The position numbers and the translations under genes were made by a program. Shown one piece after another: positions 35,910-48,444 of a stretch of DNA of 64,000 bases (positions within the stretch are counted from its first letter, which is position 1; every line of letters begins with the position of its first letter). The notes below the pieces were generated by a model. It was given only the letters and a program-made list of their open reading frames with translations, had not been told where the DNA came from and made no database searches. Origin of the DNA: Anthoceros angustus. Lineage: Eukaryota; Plantae; Anthocerotophyta. Where the stretch lies: NCBI GenBank assembly GCA_010909165.1, contig VJWM01000238.1, positions 1-64,000 on the forward strand, given 5' to 3'.

Positions 35910-38900
35910 GGCTTTTAGGATTTCCAACTCATGAAGGGAAGAGGTCATGGATATGCTCCAGGAGGAGCTAGGCAAAAAGGTCACGGTAGTAGAGGCGGAG
36001 ATGCCGGCTTCCAATGCCGCCCCACTTGAGAGAGCCACTGCACTCAAGCCTAACAAATACTGGGGCCAGCAACCAACGAAACATCAAGTGAAAACGACAA
36101 GAAGGTGCTTCCTTTAACTTAGCGGAGGCCATCATGGATCAGCATTTTATGATCACATTTGGACAACTCCTTCGAGACAACCCACGGTATAGGTAGTAGA
36201 TCAGGAGAGCATTGAAGGAAGCCCAGCCCAAGAAAAGGTGATGCCTTCCTAAACCAGGTCCAAGGCCACTTGCTGTCAACCTAGTATCCATGGTTGACCA
36301 AGGACCAGCGGAACTCCAGGTAGAGATCGCGGGGTGCATCATAAAAGGGGTACCTCTCGATATGGGGTCAGGAGTGAATATCATGACGGAGGAAACGGCC
36401 AGAAATTGGGGTTGGAAATCGAACATACAGGTAAGGTTTTGCGGTTGGCGGATATGTCCAGAATGGTGCCAGTAGGAGAACTGACAGGCGTGTTAACGAT
36501 CATTGGAACCATCCCCTATCTAATGGATTACGTGGTCATCAAGCACAAGTCGCCGGGGTATAGCGTTTTAATTGGTCGAACCCGGATGTATGGATCTCAA
36601 TGCACGCTCAAATGGGGAAGAAAGGAAGTCGGATTCAAACCACTGGAATGGGACCCTAAGACCAAGGAAGGTAGGATTTGCCTAACCTGGAGTAAGGACA
36701 TGTACGCTGGCGAGACCCCAACGGAAACGGAAGGATACACCTCCGCTGAAGATACGTCGGGGGAGACGGAACAAGAAGACAAATTTCCTTTCGCACACAT
36801 CTCATGGTCTGACGAGGAACAGGATTATCGCAGAGATATTCCGCACGCGATCAATCGTTATGGGGTAACCAGATCAGACCGAACTTCGAAGGAGGGAAAA
36901 GTGAAGGTGAACAACCGGATGAGGAGGAAGAAACAGGCATCACGCGGTTCACCTCGGAGGATCTGTTTCGAGAGTGGGGCATGCGAGAAGAGGAACCGTG
37001 GGAGCCAGAAAAAGGGTTCGGGGTGAGCACGGCACCAGTGGAGCGTGAGTGGGTACAGACGGATGAAGTCAAGGATGTTGAGGTTCTTCCAGGGAAAGTA
37101 CTCAAATTCTCAAGAACAATGCATGCGGCGTTGGAAGAAGGCATGAAGCAACTGCTTGCAGAATTTATCGATGTTTTCGCCTTCAAGGTAACCGACATGA
37201 AGGGTATTCCCAAGGAGTATGCAGTATAGGATTGACACGAGCCAGAGCAATCGAAGGATTCCGCAGTACAAGTTAAATCCGAAGTACTCCCTCAAGGTCA
37301 AGGATGAGTTGGAGCTGTATCTCAAGCCGGACGTGATCTATCCTATAGTCAATACCGAGTGGGTGGCTCCAATCGTGGTAGTACCTAAGAGATGCCCGCA
37401 AAATCCGTGTCCGCTGCGACCCACAAGATTGAATAAAGTCACCAAGAAGGATCACTGCATTCTTCATCAATAACATCCTAGATCCGTCGCAGTGATGGCG
37501 ATTCATTCTTAGATGGGTACTCGTTATAACCACCGCACTTAGGAAAGCGATTGGCGACCGCTTTACAACGGATCGGGAACATTACCTGCAAGCGCAATAA
37601 GATTTGGGCCGAGCGCCCGGCCTTTCATGCGAACCATCGTCAAGATCTTCAAGGACTTTCTTAGGGACTTTATGGAAGTCTTCTTGGACGACTTCTGCGT
37701 ATTTGGGGCTGTCAAGGACCATTTGTCGCACCTCCGAAAGTGTCTGGAACGGTGTCGAACCACGCAATTATGCCTGCATCCAGAAAAGTGCTACTTTGGC
37801 ATGTCAGAAGGAATTCTGTTGGGGCATCGGATTTCAAGCAGAGGCATAGAGGTCGATCCGGACAAGGTAAAGGTCATAGCCACCCTTAGGGCGCCAACAA
37901 CGCTGAAGGAACTCCGTGGGTTCCCTACGCCTGAGTATGACGTTTCATCCCCTTTTGCCAAGCTGCTGCCCACTAACGAGCTTGTTGAGAAAGGACCAGG
38001 AGTGGGAATGGACGACGGAACGGAGAAAGCATTCAGACTCCGCAGACGACATCAAGCTACCACGCTTAAGAGGCTCAAATCGAGTAAGAAATTCCACGCT
38101 GCTGATGTTTCGACATTCGTAATTGGATCGGTCCTTAGCCGGGATGAGAAGAAGGATTTCGATCTACTATGCCGCGAGACAACTAACGGACGCGAACGAA
38201 GTATACCACCACGAGCCAAGCACTGGGAATGATTTACTCGTCAGAAATCGCACATTCCTCTCATATGAGTTTGTGTTTCACGTTGATCACTTTGCCTTGA
38301 AACACCTTGTGAATAAACGTGACCTTTCGGGACGGATAGCGCGCTGGATCTTACTGCTTCAGGAGTTTACCTTCATAGTAGAGACGAGAGAAGGCAAGAA
38401 GCATGTCAACACCGACTTCATATCCCGCTTGAAAACAGGAACGGTGGAGCGGAATCAGGAAGATGATTTTCCCGATGAGACACTCGCTCAGAAGGATTGA
38501 AAGCAACAGCAAGAACCGCCTAAGGAGGACACCCACCGATTGAGAAGGGGAGGAGAGGTTTCGCAAGACCAACATATCAGGAGATCTATGATTATCTGGG
38601 CACGGGCCAAATTCCTCCACATCTTTCCAAGGCACAGAAACAGGCGCTCGTCCACTACTCAAGACCACTTACACGGCACGGTATGAACTTATACCGAGTG
38701 GGTCCGGATGGCGTGGAGCTTATGGCACGCACTCAAGGTGCAAGCAGTCCCGAGCTCATTTAAGACGAGGAGGAGGCGGGGCCATTATGCCGCATGTCAC
38801 CAGGAAAATTGAGGTCGGGCACAGGCCTACAATGTACAAGGATGCTGCGTGACCAGAAATCACCGTGACGCTACAAAGAGTCGGCAAGCCAACAACTCAA

Positions 38901-39708
38901 TGGCCCCTTGTCCCATACTTGCACCGCACCATTCGAAATGGGGATCGATTTTGTCGGCCCATCCAGCCCAAAACCAAGACCCGCCAAAACCAATACATCC
39001 CGAGTGTGACATGACACGGATGGTGGAGGCGCGCAGCTACCGCCAGGATTCGATGGTGGCTGTTTGCTCGAGCAAATCATCACTAGATATGGCTGCCCAT
39101 TGGAGCTGGTCAGCGATAGAGGTACGCATTTCGTCAATCAGGTAATCTCTAATATGACCAGCCACTTCAACGTGGCTCACAGGAAGTCCACTCCCTACAA
39201 CCCAAAGGCCAATGGGCTGACAGAGAAGGCAAATGGCTTGTTGTGCAAAATCCTGACCAAGCTCAATCACGCTTATGGTATGGATATGAAATCGCATTCA
39301 AGACTGCCAGAACCAAAAGGTAACAACGCAGCAGCACTCGTGACTCATATGGACATTCATCTTCGCTTGCGCCATTGAAGTACCCACCTTAGTACGAACC
39401 AAGTCGAATGCCCTGGAGGAAAGCCGCTTGGAGAGGTTGGTTGGATTCGTAAGACACACGGAGGACAGAGAGCAAGCACTACAAGTTATGCGGGATGTTC
39501 AGCAAAGGAGGACAGAATGGCACGATAAGCGACTGAAGCGCCAAGAGCATGTTGTTCCTGGAGACCTGGCTTTATTGTATGATAACCGATACATGCATTT
39601 TCTAGGTAAATTACATCTAAGGTGGATGGGACCCTACAAAGTCTTGGAGGTTTTCGACAACGGATCTATCCAGCTGCAGCAGTTGAGTGGATCGCCCCTG
39701 CCAACTAG
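35910..39708 (+). mobile_element. Second Gypsy copy (end of gag, PR, RT, RH, INT) of the same family as 3494-7160; 5'-truncated and interrupted at the 3' end by CACTA
   Basis: PR VPLDMGSGVNIM; RT VFLDDFCVFG...LHPEKCYFG; RH VDHFALKHL; INT SDRGTHF, PYNPKANGLTEK, LRWMGPYKV. Colinear with the reverse complement of the first copy. Confidence 0.93.
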
Positions 39709-40129
39709 CACTACAAGAATCGCAGGTGTTTTACAACGCATTTTACAACGTAATTTACAACCTCACGTTGTAAAAACGGGCATTTACACGTTTGTAAACT
39801 AACAGCTTAATTAGGTTGTAAAAATGCTGACGTGGCAGGCAAGATTGCCACGTCATCAAGTTGCTGACGTGGCCGCCACGTCACCTAACCGGACGGGTAA
39901 GGTGTCGGGTGGTTACAACGCCATTTACAGCGTTTCGCTCAAACAACCTAAATGACAACGCCATTTACAACGTGGTTGCCTTGTAATCTAGGTTGTAAAA
40001 GAGGTTGTTATTAGGAGGTTGTAGTCGTGACTTAACTAGGTTGTAAAGTGGGTCTATTTACAACGATTTTACAATATACTATAAACTCATTTACAACCTT
40101 CAAACACCCTTACTTTACAACATCATTTC

Positions 40130-40570
40130 ACGGTTGCGTAACGCCGCTTGCAACGCCGCTTAACGCCGTCGTTGCAACGCCGTTGCAACGCCGCCGCTGG
40201 TAACGCCGCTTGCAACGCCGTCGTTGGTAACGCCGCCGTTGCAACGCCGTCGTTGCAACGCCGCTTAACGCCGCCGCTTGCAACGCGTCGCTTGCAACGC
40301 CGTGCAACGCCGTCGCTTTACAACGCCGTTGCAACGTCGTTTACGCCGCTTGCAACGCCGCTGCAACGCCGTCGTCGCAACGCCGCCGCAACGTCCGCTT
40401 GCAACGCCGCTTAACGCCGTTGGTAACGCCGCTGTAAACGCCGCGCAACGCCGTTGCGTAACGCCGCCGTTGCGTAACGCCGCTTGCAACGCCGTCGCTT
40501 TACAACGCCGTCGTTGCAACGCCGTTGCGTCGTTGCAACGTCGTTTGCAACGTCGTTTGCAACGTTCATA
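40130..40570. repeat. Low-complexity satellite built on GTTGCAACGCC / GTAACGCC (palindromic core GTTGCAAC)
   Basis: Dozens of 9-12 bp imperfect units, related to the adjacent TTTACAACG subterminal repeats. Confidence 0.9.
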
Positions 40571-40964
40571 ACGTGGTTTATAATGCATGATGTTGTAAAG
40601 CACATTTTGGACGTTGTAATATGTGCTAAAAAATATACCGTATTGGTACACCGTATCCATATATGGTATACTATATCCGCATATGGTAATAGGCACACAC
40701 ATGCCGTAATGCTCGCCAGAAATTGGGCTCACGGAGGCTCGCCATGTTGAATTGGGCTTGCCGTGAGGCTCGCCAAGGATTGGTCTCCATGGATTGGGCC
40801 GATTTCAGTAGAGGCTCGCCAAGGGATCTCGATGTGGATCGGGCCCAGATTGCTAAGTAGGTGATGGGATTGCATCTCAAATTAAGCACAAGGAGAAAGG
40901 ACTACGAATGAGTTAGTGGCCATTATCCTCTTAGGTCGACTGCCCAAGTCTTGATGGGAGTAGC

Positions 40965-41130
40965 ATTCAATTCTTCCCAATTTTTCTCGAATTTGTGCTA
41001 TGTGCAACCAAGTCTCGATGAATAGCAAGACAATTCTCCCCAATTCTTCTCGAATTTGTGCTATGTGGAGTCAAGTCTCGATGGAAGTAGCTCAACTCTT
41101 CCCAATTCTTTCCGAATTTGTGCTATGTGT
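40965..41130. repeat. About 62 bp tandem repeat, 3 copies
   Basis: cccaatt...cgaatttgtgctatgtg recurs three times. Confidence 0.8.
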
Positions 41131-42001
41131 GTGTCTGTGGATATAATTAGTCTAATATGTATGTGGTTGTGTGCTAGGTTTTCTAGTGTGGGCGCAAGGA
41201 TTACACAATCTGTTGGTCTCTTGTTTGCCACAAATCCAGCATTGGAAGGACACACTCTTGTGGGAGACTCATCATGCCGTGAGGTGGCCGTAAGCGTGCT
41301 CGACCAATGGTTCAAGATGCTTTTGAGAAATGTAATTGTAAACCGAAGGCAAAGGACTATGCGGGGAATCAAGTCCGTATTCATGAGCGTACATACGAAT
41401 ATATCGAGGCGGAGGGAGGCGCAAGTTCGGAAGAAACCGCCGCATTCAAGTGAAGACTCACCCGTGCAAGCGATATGACGTGAGTTTCTAACCCCTTTGG
41501 TTAAGTATTTGAGATGTATATTGAGTTTCTAACCACTATTTCGTGATACATTCAAGATATATCATATTTAATATTAATATATATATTTATATTTATTTAG
41601 TATATGCATGTTCCTTTTAAATGTGCATGATGTGTCATTGATGCATGATGGTTTCGTAAGTTAAACCGTATGGTATGTAGTTTGTACTTATGATGATTAT
41701 TTTTGTATAGTTGGCGTAACTTCCTATAGAGGACCATGTTAGCACTCTTGATCCCGATGATGCGATGATGAACGCACTTGGACACATGTCTGCTAAGTAG
41801 GAAAAATTTGGGTGGAAAGGAGAGTCACGTGGACCTTTCCTTGAACACCCTTACCACCACGAGAGGAGAGGATGCAAACTCTCATGATGCTGTTGTGTTA
41901 TACAAGCGTCTTCTCAAAGGTGTATATCCCAAGGAGTGGGGAATGTGGGAGGAGGGGCCATTCCTATTAACAAACCATTTCCATATTGGGGTCGTTGGTG
42001 G

Positions 42002-42410
42002 ATAGTGAAGGAGGCAACAAATCCAATAATGGGGTTAGTTTGTTTGCCTTGGAAAAATAAGTGTTAGTCGAGCCAGAAGAAAGGCGTTCCATTATTTGTA
42101 TTTGGTGGTCCCATGTATACACAGGCAGAGTTTAACAAGATTGGGGAGTATAAGAGATTGTCAGAGTTTTGCAAATATGCCTTAACTTTCAATAGATGTA
42201 GGCGTAAGAAGTTTACGTCATCTATAGTGTACTTGGATGGGCATATGGCATCTGGGAATGTAGCAGGTTACATTAATAGCAGTAAATAAGGTAACTACCT
42301 ATGGGAGGAAAGAGACGATGGGCATGAGCTATTGCATCATAGCCACATGATGTGGGTGTGAACTTGGGGGACTATTGAAGCAGGTGAGGAGCTGTTTGTT
42401 GAGTACAATT
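42002..42410 (+). pseudogene. SET-domain (lysine methyltransferase-like) remnant inside the CACTA element
   Basis: VKEATNPIMGL(G)LFALEKI...KGVPLFVFGG...YLDGHMASGNVAGYINSS...TIEAGEELFVEY. All three SET blocks are present in order, with in-frame stops at about 42287, 42359 and 42410. Confidence 0.75.
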
Positions 42411-42425
42411 GATTTGACCCAAATT

Positions 42426-45400
42426 ATGCGATAGCGAGAATAAAGGCTGCAGAGCGTGAGTATGTGCATACTAAAAAGTGTGTGCAAAGAGAGTGGAAGA
42501 AGATGAAGGCAAAGTTAATGCATGAAGACAGGATGCGAGGAGTATGTAGATACCGCAGAATATGCAAAAGGAATGGGAAAAGATGAAGGCAAAGTTGATG
42601 AAAGAGGATGTAGATTTAGAGTAGTATTTGCATGACATGTAAATGATGTGAATATTAGTTTTTCCTCATCGTGTTTGAAGTTTGAACATAGTTTATCTAG
42701 GTGATTGATATCCTTTAGAGATCATGGTCAAGCTAGCCTATAATAAAGTATTATATATTTTATTTTATTTTATTTTCATAACATGTTATGTATGTTTGCT
42801 CAAAATTCTAGGTTGAAGGGGAAAAATTCATGGTGAATCCATGCATGAGGAAGAAAACGAATACATTCACCCTCATGAACAAGTGGCTATAGAGATGGTG
42901 GAGGCACTTGGTGGAGTGGTATTGCCGATGATCGAGGAAGAGGTAAATTCTTTGCCTAAGGAATTGAAGAGAATGCATACACCGCAACCACATCTTTATG
43001 GACCGGAGCCAAAACAAATTTGCAGTCATTTACCTTATTATTGCTTAACTTCCAGAGAAGGCATTGTTGGTCGGATGCATTTGTAAATACTATGTTGGAA
43101 TTAATAGGAGCTTAGGACTCACGACAACAAGTTGCCCAAGAATAGAGCGAGATAAGAAAACTATTGAAGGGATTTGGCCTGCCTTATAAATCTATACATG
43201 CTTGTCCAAATGACTGCCTATTATTTCATGGCGAGCTATACCTTGCTAATGTCTTTGCAAGTGTGGGGAAATAGATAGAATCTAACACAAAGGGCAAAAA
43301 ATACTGGAAAGTTGTCATGCCGGAGTCACATTGTGCCTGGAGCAGAGGTTGTAGAAAGTCCATGTATGTAGAGGGAGGATATGGGTAATATCTTGACATC
43401 TAGAAATGTCATGTAGCGCTAGCCGTTGGTTTCCAGGTAGGTCGTGACGCAGATTACCAGTAGATTTGCTGTATCATAGCAAGGAGATTGCGGTGGTGGT
43501 GAGGTGACGACCGAAAACACAATCATGAAGAAGGATGGAAAGGTGACGCATGGCGAGAGGGAGCAGCGGAGGAGAGAGAGGCGATTGGGCACGGAACACA
43601 AGAGGCAAGCGTGCTTGGTTTAGAACGATCTTGAGAGTCTCTTGAGCGAGGGAGTGACGAGCTCTTGGCCGTTGTAGTTAGTGGATCGGAAGCTTGATTT
43701 TGAGATTTTGAGCGAATGTTCGAGTCCGACATTTTGTTTCAAGTGTGAATTGTTGCGGCAATATGCGCTCTTGTTGTGAACTCTCAACTCACCGCGTTCG
43801 ATTGGTGATAGGCCGATTGAATGAGGAATTTTACTCTCAAGACTCGACGGGCGCTGCGCGGCGCGGCTTGAGAAAGAACTAGGGTTCTTTGAGTGATGTT
43901 TCTAGTTGCATGTCTGTTACCTTGATGTCAAGCTGCTGAGGACCTTGTTACAGTTCTTGATGAAGCTTTGAGTTAGGGTCCGGATTCGATGTGCGTGAGA
44001 CGGGATGTGGTAATCAAGTTGTTGAATGAAATCGGTTTCTGATCAAACAGCGTCTCTCAGCATAGGGGTTATTCTCCATTAAAGGGGTTTGGGTCCCTAA
44101 AGACCAAAAAATGACCTCCGAAAACGGGCCAAAATGCATCATCTTTAGCAAAACCACTCTTTAGACATGTCTTGAAAGACATTGACCATGTTATTTTCTC
44201 GTGAATACTTACTATGAGGTTGAAGCGAAGAAGGTTCATGGATTTCACCTTCACAAGGAAGGGATTTCAAGGATTTTTAAGGTGCTAGGAATCCTAAACA
44301 CCTCTTTCATGCGATAGCAAGAATAAAGGCTGCAGAAGGTGAGTATGCACATAAAGTATGTGCAAAGAGAGTGGAAGAAGATGAAGGCAAAGTTAATGCA
44401 TGAAGACAGGGGTGCGGATGCAAAGGAGTATGTAGATACGGCAGAATATGCGAAAAGGAAGTGGGAAAAGATGAAGGAAAAGTTGATGAAAAGGATGTAG
44501 ATTTAGAGTAGTATTTGCATGATACGTGCTAAATGATGTGAATATTGGTTTTTCCTTACTGTGTTTGAGGTTTAAACATAATTTATCTAGGTGATTGATA
44601 TCCTTTAGAGATCATGGTCAAGCTAGCCTATAATACAGTATTATATATTTTATTTTAATAACATGTTATGTATGTTTCCTCAAAAATTCTAGGTTGAAGG
44701 GGAAAAATTCATGGTGAATCCATGCATGAGGAAGAAAACGAATACATTCACCCTCATGAACAAGTGGCTATAGAGATGGTGGAGGCACTTGGTGGAGTAG
44801 CTGGTATTGCCGATGATCGAGGAAGAGGTAAATTCTTTGCCTAAGGAATTGAAGAGAATGCATACAATGCAACCACATCTTTATGGACCGGAGCCAAAAC
44901 AAATTTGCAGTCATTTACCTTATTATTGCTTAACTTCCAGAGAAGGCATTGTTGGTCGGATGCATTTGTAAATACTATGTTGGAATTAATAGGAGCTTAG
45001 GACTCACACGACAACAAGTTGCCCAAGAATAGAGTGAGATAAGAAAACTATTGAAGGGATTTGGCCTGCCTTATAAATCTATACATGCTTGTCCAAATGA
45101 TCATTTATTATTTCATGGCGAGCGCCCTAATGTGCCGCAAGTGTGGGGAAATAGATCTAACACAAAGGGCAAAAAAATACCTGTGAAAGTTGTCATGCTG
45201 GAGTCACATTGTGTCGGGAGCAGAGGTTGTAGAAAGTCCATGTATGTAGAGGGAGGATATGGGTAATATCTTGACATCTAGAAATGTCATGTAGCGCTAG
45301 CCGTTGGTTTCTGTGGTGTAGGTCGTGACGCAGACACGTGAGATTTCTGTATCATAGCAAGGAGATTGCGGGTGAGCTGGTGAGGGTGACGAGACCGGAA

Positions 45401-46220
45401 AACACAATCATGAAGAAGGATGGAAAGGTGACGCATGGCGAGAGGGAGCAGCGGAGGGAGAGAGACAGGCGATTGGGCACGGAACACAAGAGGCAAGCGT
45501 GCTTGGTTTAGGACAGTCTTGAGAGTCTCTTCGAGCCAGAGGGAGTGACGAGCTCTTGGCCGTTGTAACCGTTAGTGGATGCTGGAAGCTTGATTTTTGA
45601 GATTTTGAGCGAATGTTCGAGTCTGACATTTTGTTTCAAGTGTGAATTGTTGCGGCAATATGCCTGGCTCTTGTTGTGAACTCTCAACTCACCGCGTTCG
45701 ATTGGCTGATAGACGCTGATTGAATGAGGAATTTTACTCTCAAGACTCGATCTGGACGTGCGCGTGCGATGGCGTGCTTGAGAAAGAACTAGGGTTGCTG
45801 AGTGATGTTTCTAGTTGCATGTCTGTTACCTTGATGTCAAGCTGCTGAGGACCTTGTTACAGTTCTTGATGAAGCTTTGAGTTAGGGTCCGGATTCGATG
45901 TGCGTGAGACGGGATGTGGTAATCAAGTTGTTGAATGAAATCGGTTTCTGATCAAACATATTCTCAAAGATAGGGGTTATTCTCCATTAAAGGGGTTTGG
46001 GTCCCTAAAGACCAAAAATGACCAAAACGGGCCAAAAATGCATCATCTTTAGCAAAACCACTTTAGACATGTCGAAAGACATTGACCATGTTATTTTCTC
46101 GTGAATACTTACGCTAACAGGTTGAAGTCAAGAAGGTTCATGGATTTCACCTTCACAAGGAAGGGATTTCAAGGATTTTTAAGGTGCTAGGAATCCTAAA
46201 CACCTCTTTCGCAGCGATAG
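42426..46220. repeat. Tandem duplication of about 1.88 kb, 2 copies
   Basis: gcgatagc.agaataaaggctgcaga at about 42428 and 44311. The two units are colinear throughout. Confidence 0.93.
42820..43400 (+). pseudogene. CACTA TnpD/transposase N-terminal fragment (second copy at about 44710-45270)
   Basis: LKGFGLPYKSIHACPNDCLLFHGE matches the En/Spm LG..Y.KIHACPNDC.LF motif. Confidence 0.8.
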
Positions 46221-46281
46221 TACTTCCTAGCGGGGTGAGCAGAGGCAAACCAAACAAAATTAGTCCAGCAAGCCAAAGCTA

Positions 46282-46616
46282 CGGACGTCCGGCGCAACCA
46301 ACACGCAAAAGTAGCAATTAGCGAAAAAACAAGCTATGGCCGGACGTCCGCAATTGTGAAGAACATTAACCGATAGCGATCATGGCCATCTCGAGAGGAC
46401 CAAACTACGACTCTAAAAGTAGCGGGCGTCGGTGCTTTGTGAGTACACAACCCCGGGATCTCCATTGTTAGAGTGAAAACATAGAAGGAATTGGAACAAT
46501 GCGGACGTTCGGCACATTGGCGCGTGCTAGCTGCCGCCGGACGTCCGGCGCATTTTGAGACCCCAATCTTGTGGGCGTCCACGAGATGGAAATGGTGGAG
46601 TGGATCGCGGACGTCC
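46282..46616. repeat. Cluster of palindromic CGGACGTCCG motifs (subterminal-repeat-like)
   Basis: Copies at 46282, 46341, 46502 (variant), 46538 and 46608. Confidence 0.7.
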
Positions 46617-46678
46617 CATCTATATTTATTGTTTGTCTTCTAAACATCGCTGGGATAGGTGCATAGACTCAATGGTGT

Positions 46679-46751
46679 AAGAACTCCAAGGTTAAGCACT
46701 TGGTCGGATCGATGGGATGGATTGGGTGCTTTAGAACTTCCGGTTATGCAC
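46679..46751 (+). other. Degenerate 5S rRNA-derived segment (A-box region), not a full 5S gene
   Basis: aagaactccaaggttaagcacttgg resembles plant 5S cagaactccgcagttaagcgtgcttgg, with weaker similarity to ...ggatggg...ttgca downstream. Confidence 0.45.
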
Positions 46752-47705
46752 TCTTGGGTCGATTAGTGCTAGGATGGCTTGCTTGTTTTGGCGCTTTGAA
46801 AACTTTGTAACAACTCCACTCTTAAGCAACCTAGAGGCGTATCAATACTAGGATGGAGTGTTGATTTTAGTGGTTTGAAAAATTTGTAAATCATCCGGTA
46901 TCTAGGCGTAAAGTCATGAATATTATTTTTGAAAATCATTTGTTGGTTGATGTTATATTCCCACATTCGCTTTGTATACAACATGTAAAACCTTTTGGCC
47001 TTACTCTATGTGCCCTTGGATGACTTGCAATTTGGATCTCTTTGATTGGTGCGCCAAATGTCCGCTCATTCGAGTTTGATGCGTATAGATGCATAGGCCT
47101 TGGTTTCTAGATGAGCTACATTTTCCAAAATTCGACATGTATGATGGTGGTTTCTAATGGCCAACCTTTTGAAGACGACAATGTTTCACAATGTTTTGCG
47201 AGAAGCAAGAAAATAAATAGAATAGATGATTTTTCCTTGAGTAATGAAAGCGCTTGATGTAGAACACAAGCATAAGAGAGCATCCGCTCGCCACCGCGAG
47301 CCCTAGTGAGAGCCAGAGTATTCGAAGAAAGAGGGCTAGTCGCCCGAGGGGTTTTGACCAAATGGTGAGTATTTCAAAGAGGCTCAAGGAGGACCTCTAT
47401 ACCCACCGTGACGCCCACTACCGGCGCAGCTAGGTGTTCAGACGAACTATGGCCAAGCTTCGCCAGAGATTTTGAATTTAAGATCCGACTTGCTCCATGT
47501 GCCACCCATGGATAGATTAAGGTTGAAAGCGATGCGGACTTGACAAGAAGAAATGTAAGCTCAAGAGTTTGATCAAGAACGGTTGAGGAGGCCTCACCAT
47601 CCTTTACCTTGTCCAATTCCTGGGGCCCAATGCCGCAGATCTAAGTGCGGCTTATCTCCGACACGAGGCCGCCGAGGTATGCCCGCCCCGGGATTGCTCA
47701 ATCAC

Positions 47706-48358
47706 GGGTTTGAAAAGAGAATTGATGTGAGTGTTGGTGCGGTGCAAGTGTGCACAAGCAACTTGAACGAAAGTGCTTGCCTACACAAGTATTGACGCAA
47801 CCCTCTCCAAACCCGTGTATTGCACCTCTTGAGTATAAGGCCGGACGCTCGGCACTCCATTTTGAGCATAAGTCGCTACCATCCTACCACTTGGTACAAA
47901 GGTGTGTCCGCTATTTGTGCAGACGTACATTAGGTCTCCTTGCCTTGATGCTGTGGGTTCGCAAATCATCGAAAACAATGGAATGAGACATGCATTTCGG
48001 ATGGTTAGCCAAAATGGGGTTTGAAAAGAGAATTGATGTGAGTGTTGGTGCGGTGGCAAGTGTGCACAAGCAACGAAAGTGCTTGCCTACACAAGTATTG
48101 ACGCAACCCTCTCCAAACCCGGTGTATTGCACCTCTTTGGAGTATAAGTCGCCGGACGTTCGTGCACTCCAGCTCTTTGGAGCATAAGTCGCCGATCATC
48201 CGGCCACTTGGTACAAAGGTGTGTCCGTCATTTGTCGGACGGTGGGCACATTAGGTCTTCCTTGGGCTCGGATGCATGGGCTGTGGGTTCGCAAATCACT
48301 GAAAACAATGGAATGAGACATGTGCATTTCTGGATGGTTGGGGCCAAAATGGGGTTTG
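47706..48358. repeat. Tandem duplication of about 312 bp
   Basis: gggtttgaaaagagaattgatgtgagtg at 47706 and 48018. Confidence 0.9.
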
Positions 48359-48444
48359 GAGACAAACCCCTATGCTGAGAAACACTGTTATCACCATTGC
48401 TGTTCTGTGCATGACGGATGCGCCGGATAAATGGTGTGGTGAGA

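Larger units (their letters stand above)
39709..46220 (+). mobile_element. CACTA (En/Spm) DNA transposon, left end and internal part; right TIR not found
   Basis: CACTACAAGAA begins exactly where Gypsy homology stops (ccaactag|cacta). Subterminal TTTACAAC repeats follow, and TnpD-like IHACPND fragments lie inside. The right boundary given is approximate. Confidence 0.75.

Noticed and set aside
38048-38063. 16-bp identity (gacatcaagctaccac) between the second Gypsy copy and the array unit
   Set aside because: The position is colinear with the first Gypsy copy and similarity does not extend, so it is treated as chance.
40128-40750. Several predicted ORFs rich in QRR/CNA
   Set aside because: Artefacts of the stop-poor GTTGCAACGCC satellite.
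41179-41188. ttttctagtg as the right TIR of the CACTA element
   Set aside because: It does not match the reverse complement of CACTACAAGAA beyond TAGTG, the following TGG is not the expected TAG duplication, and Gypsy sequence does not resume after it.
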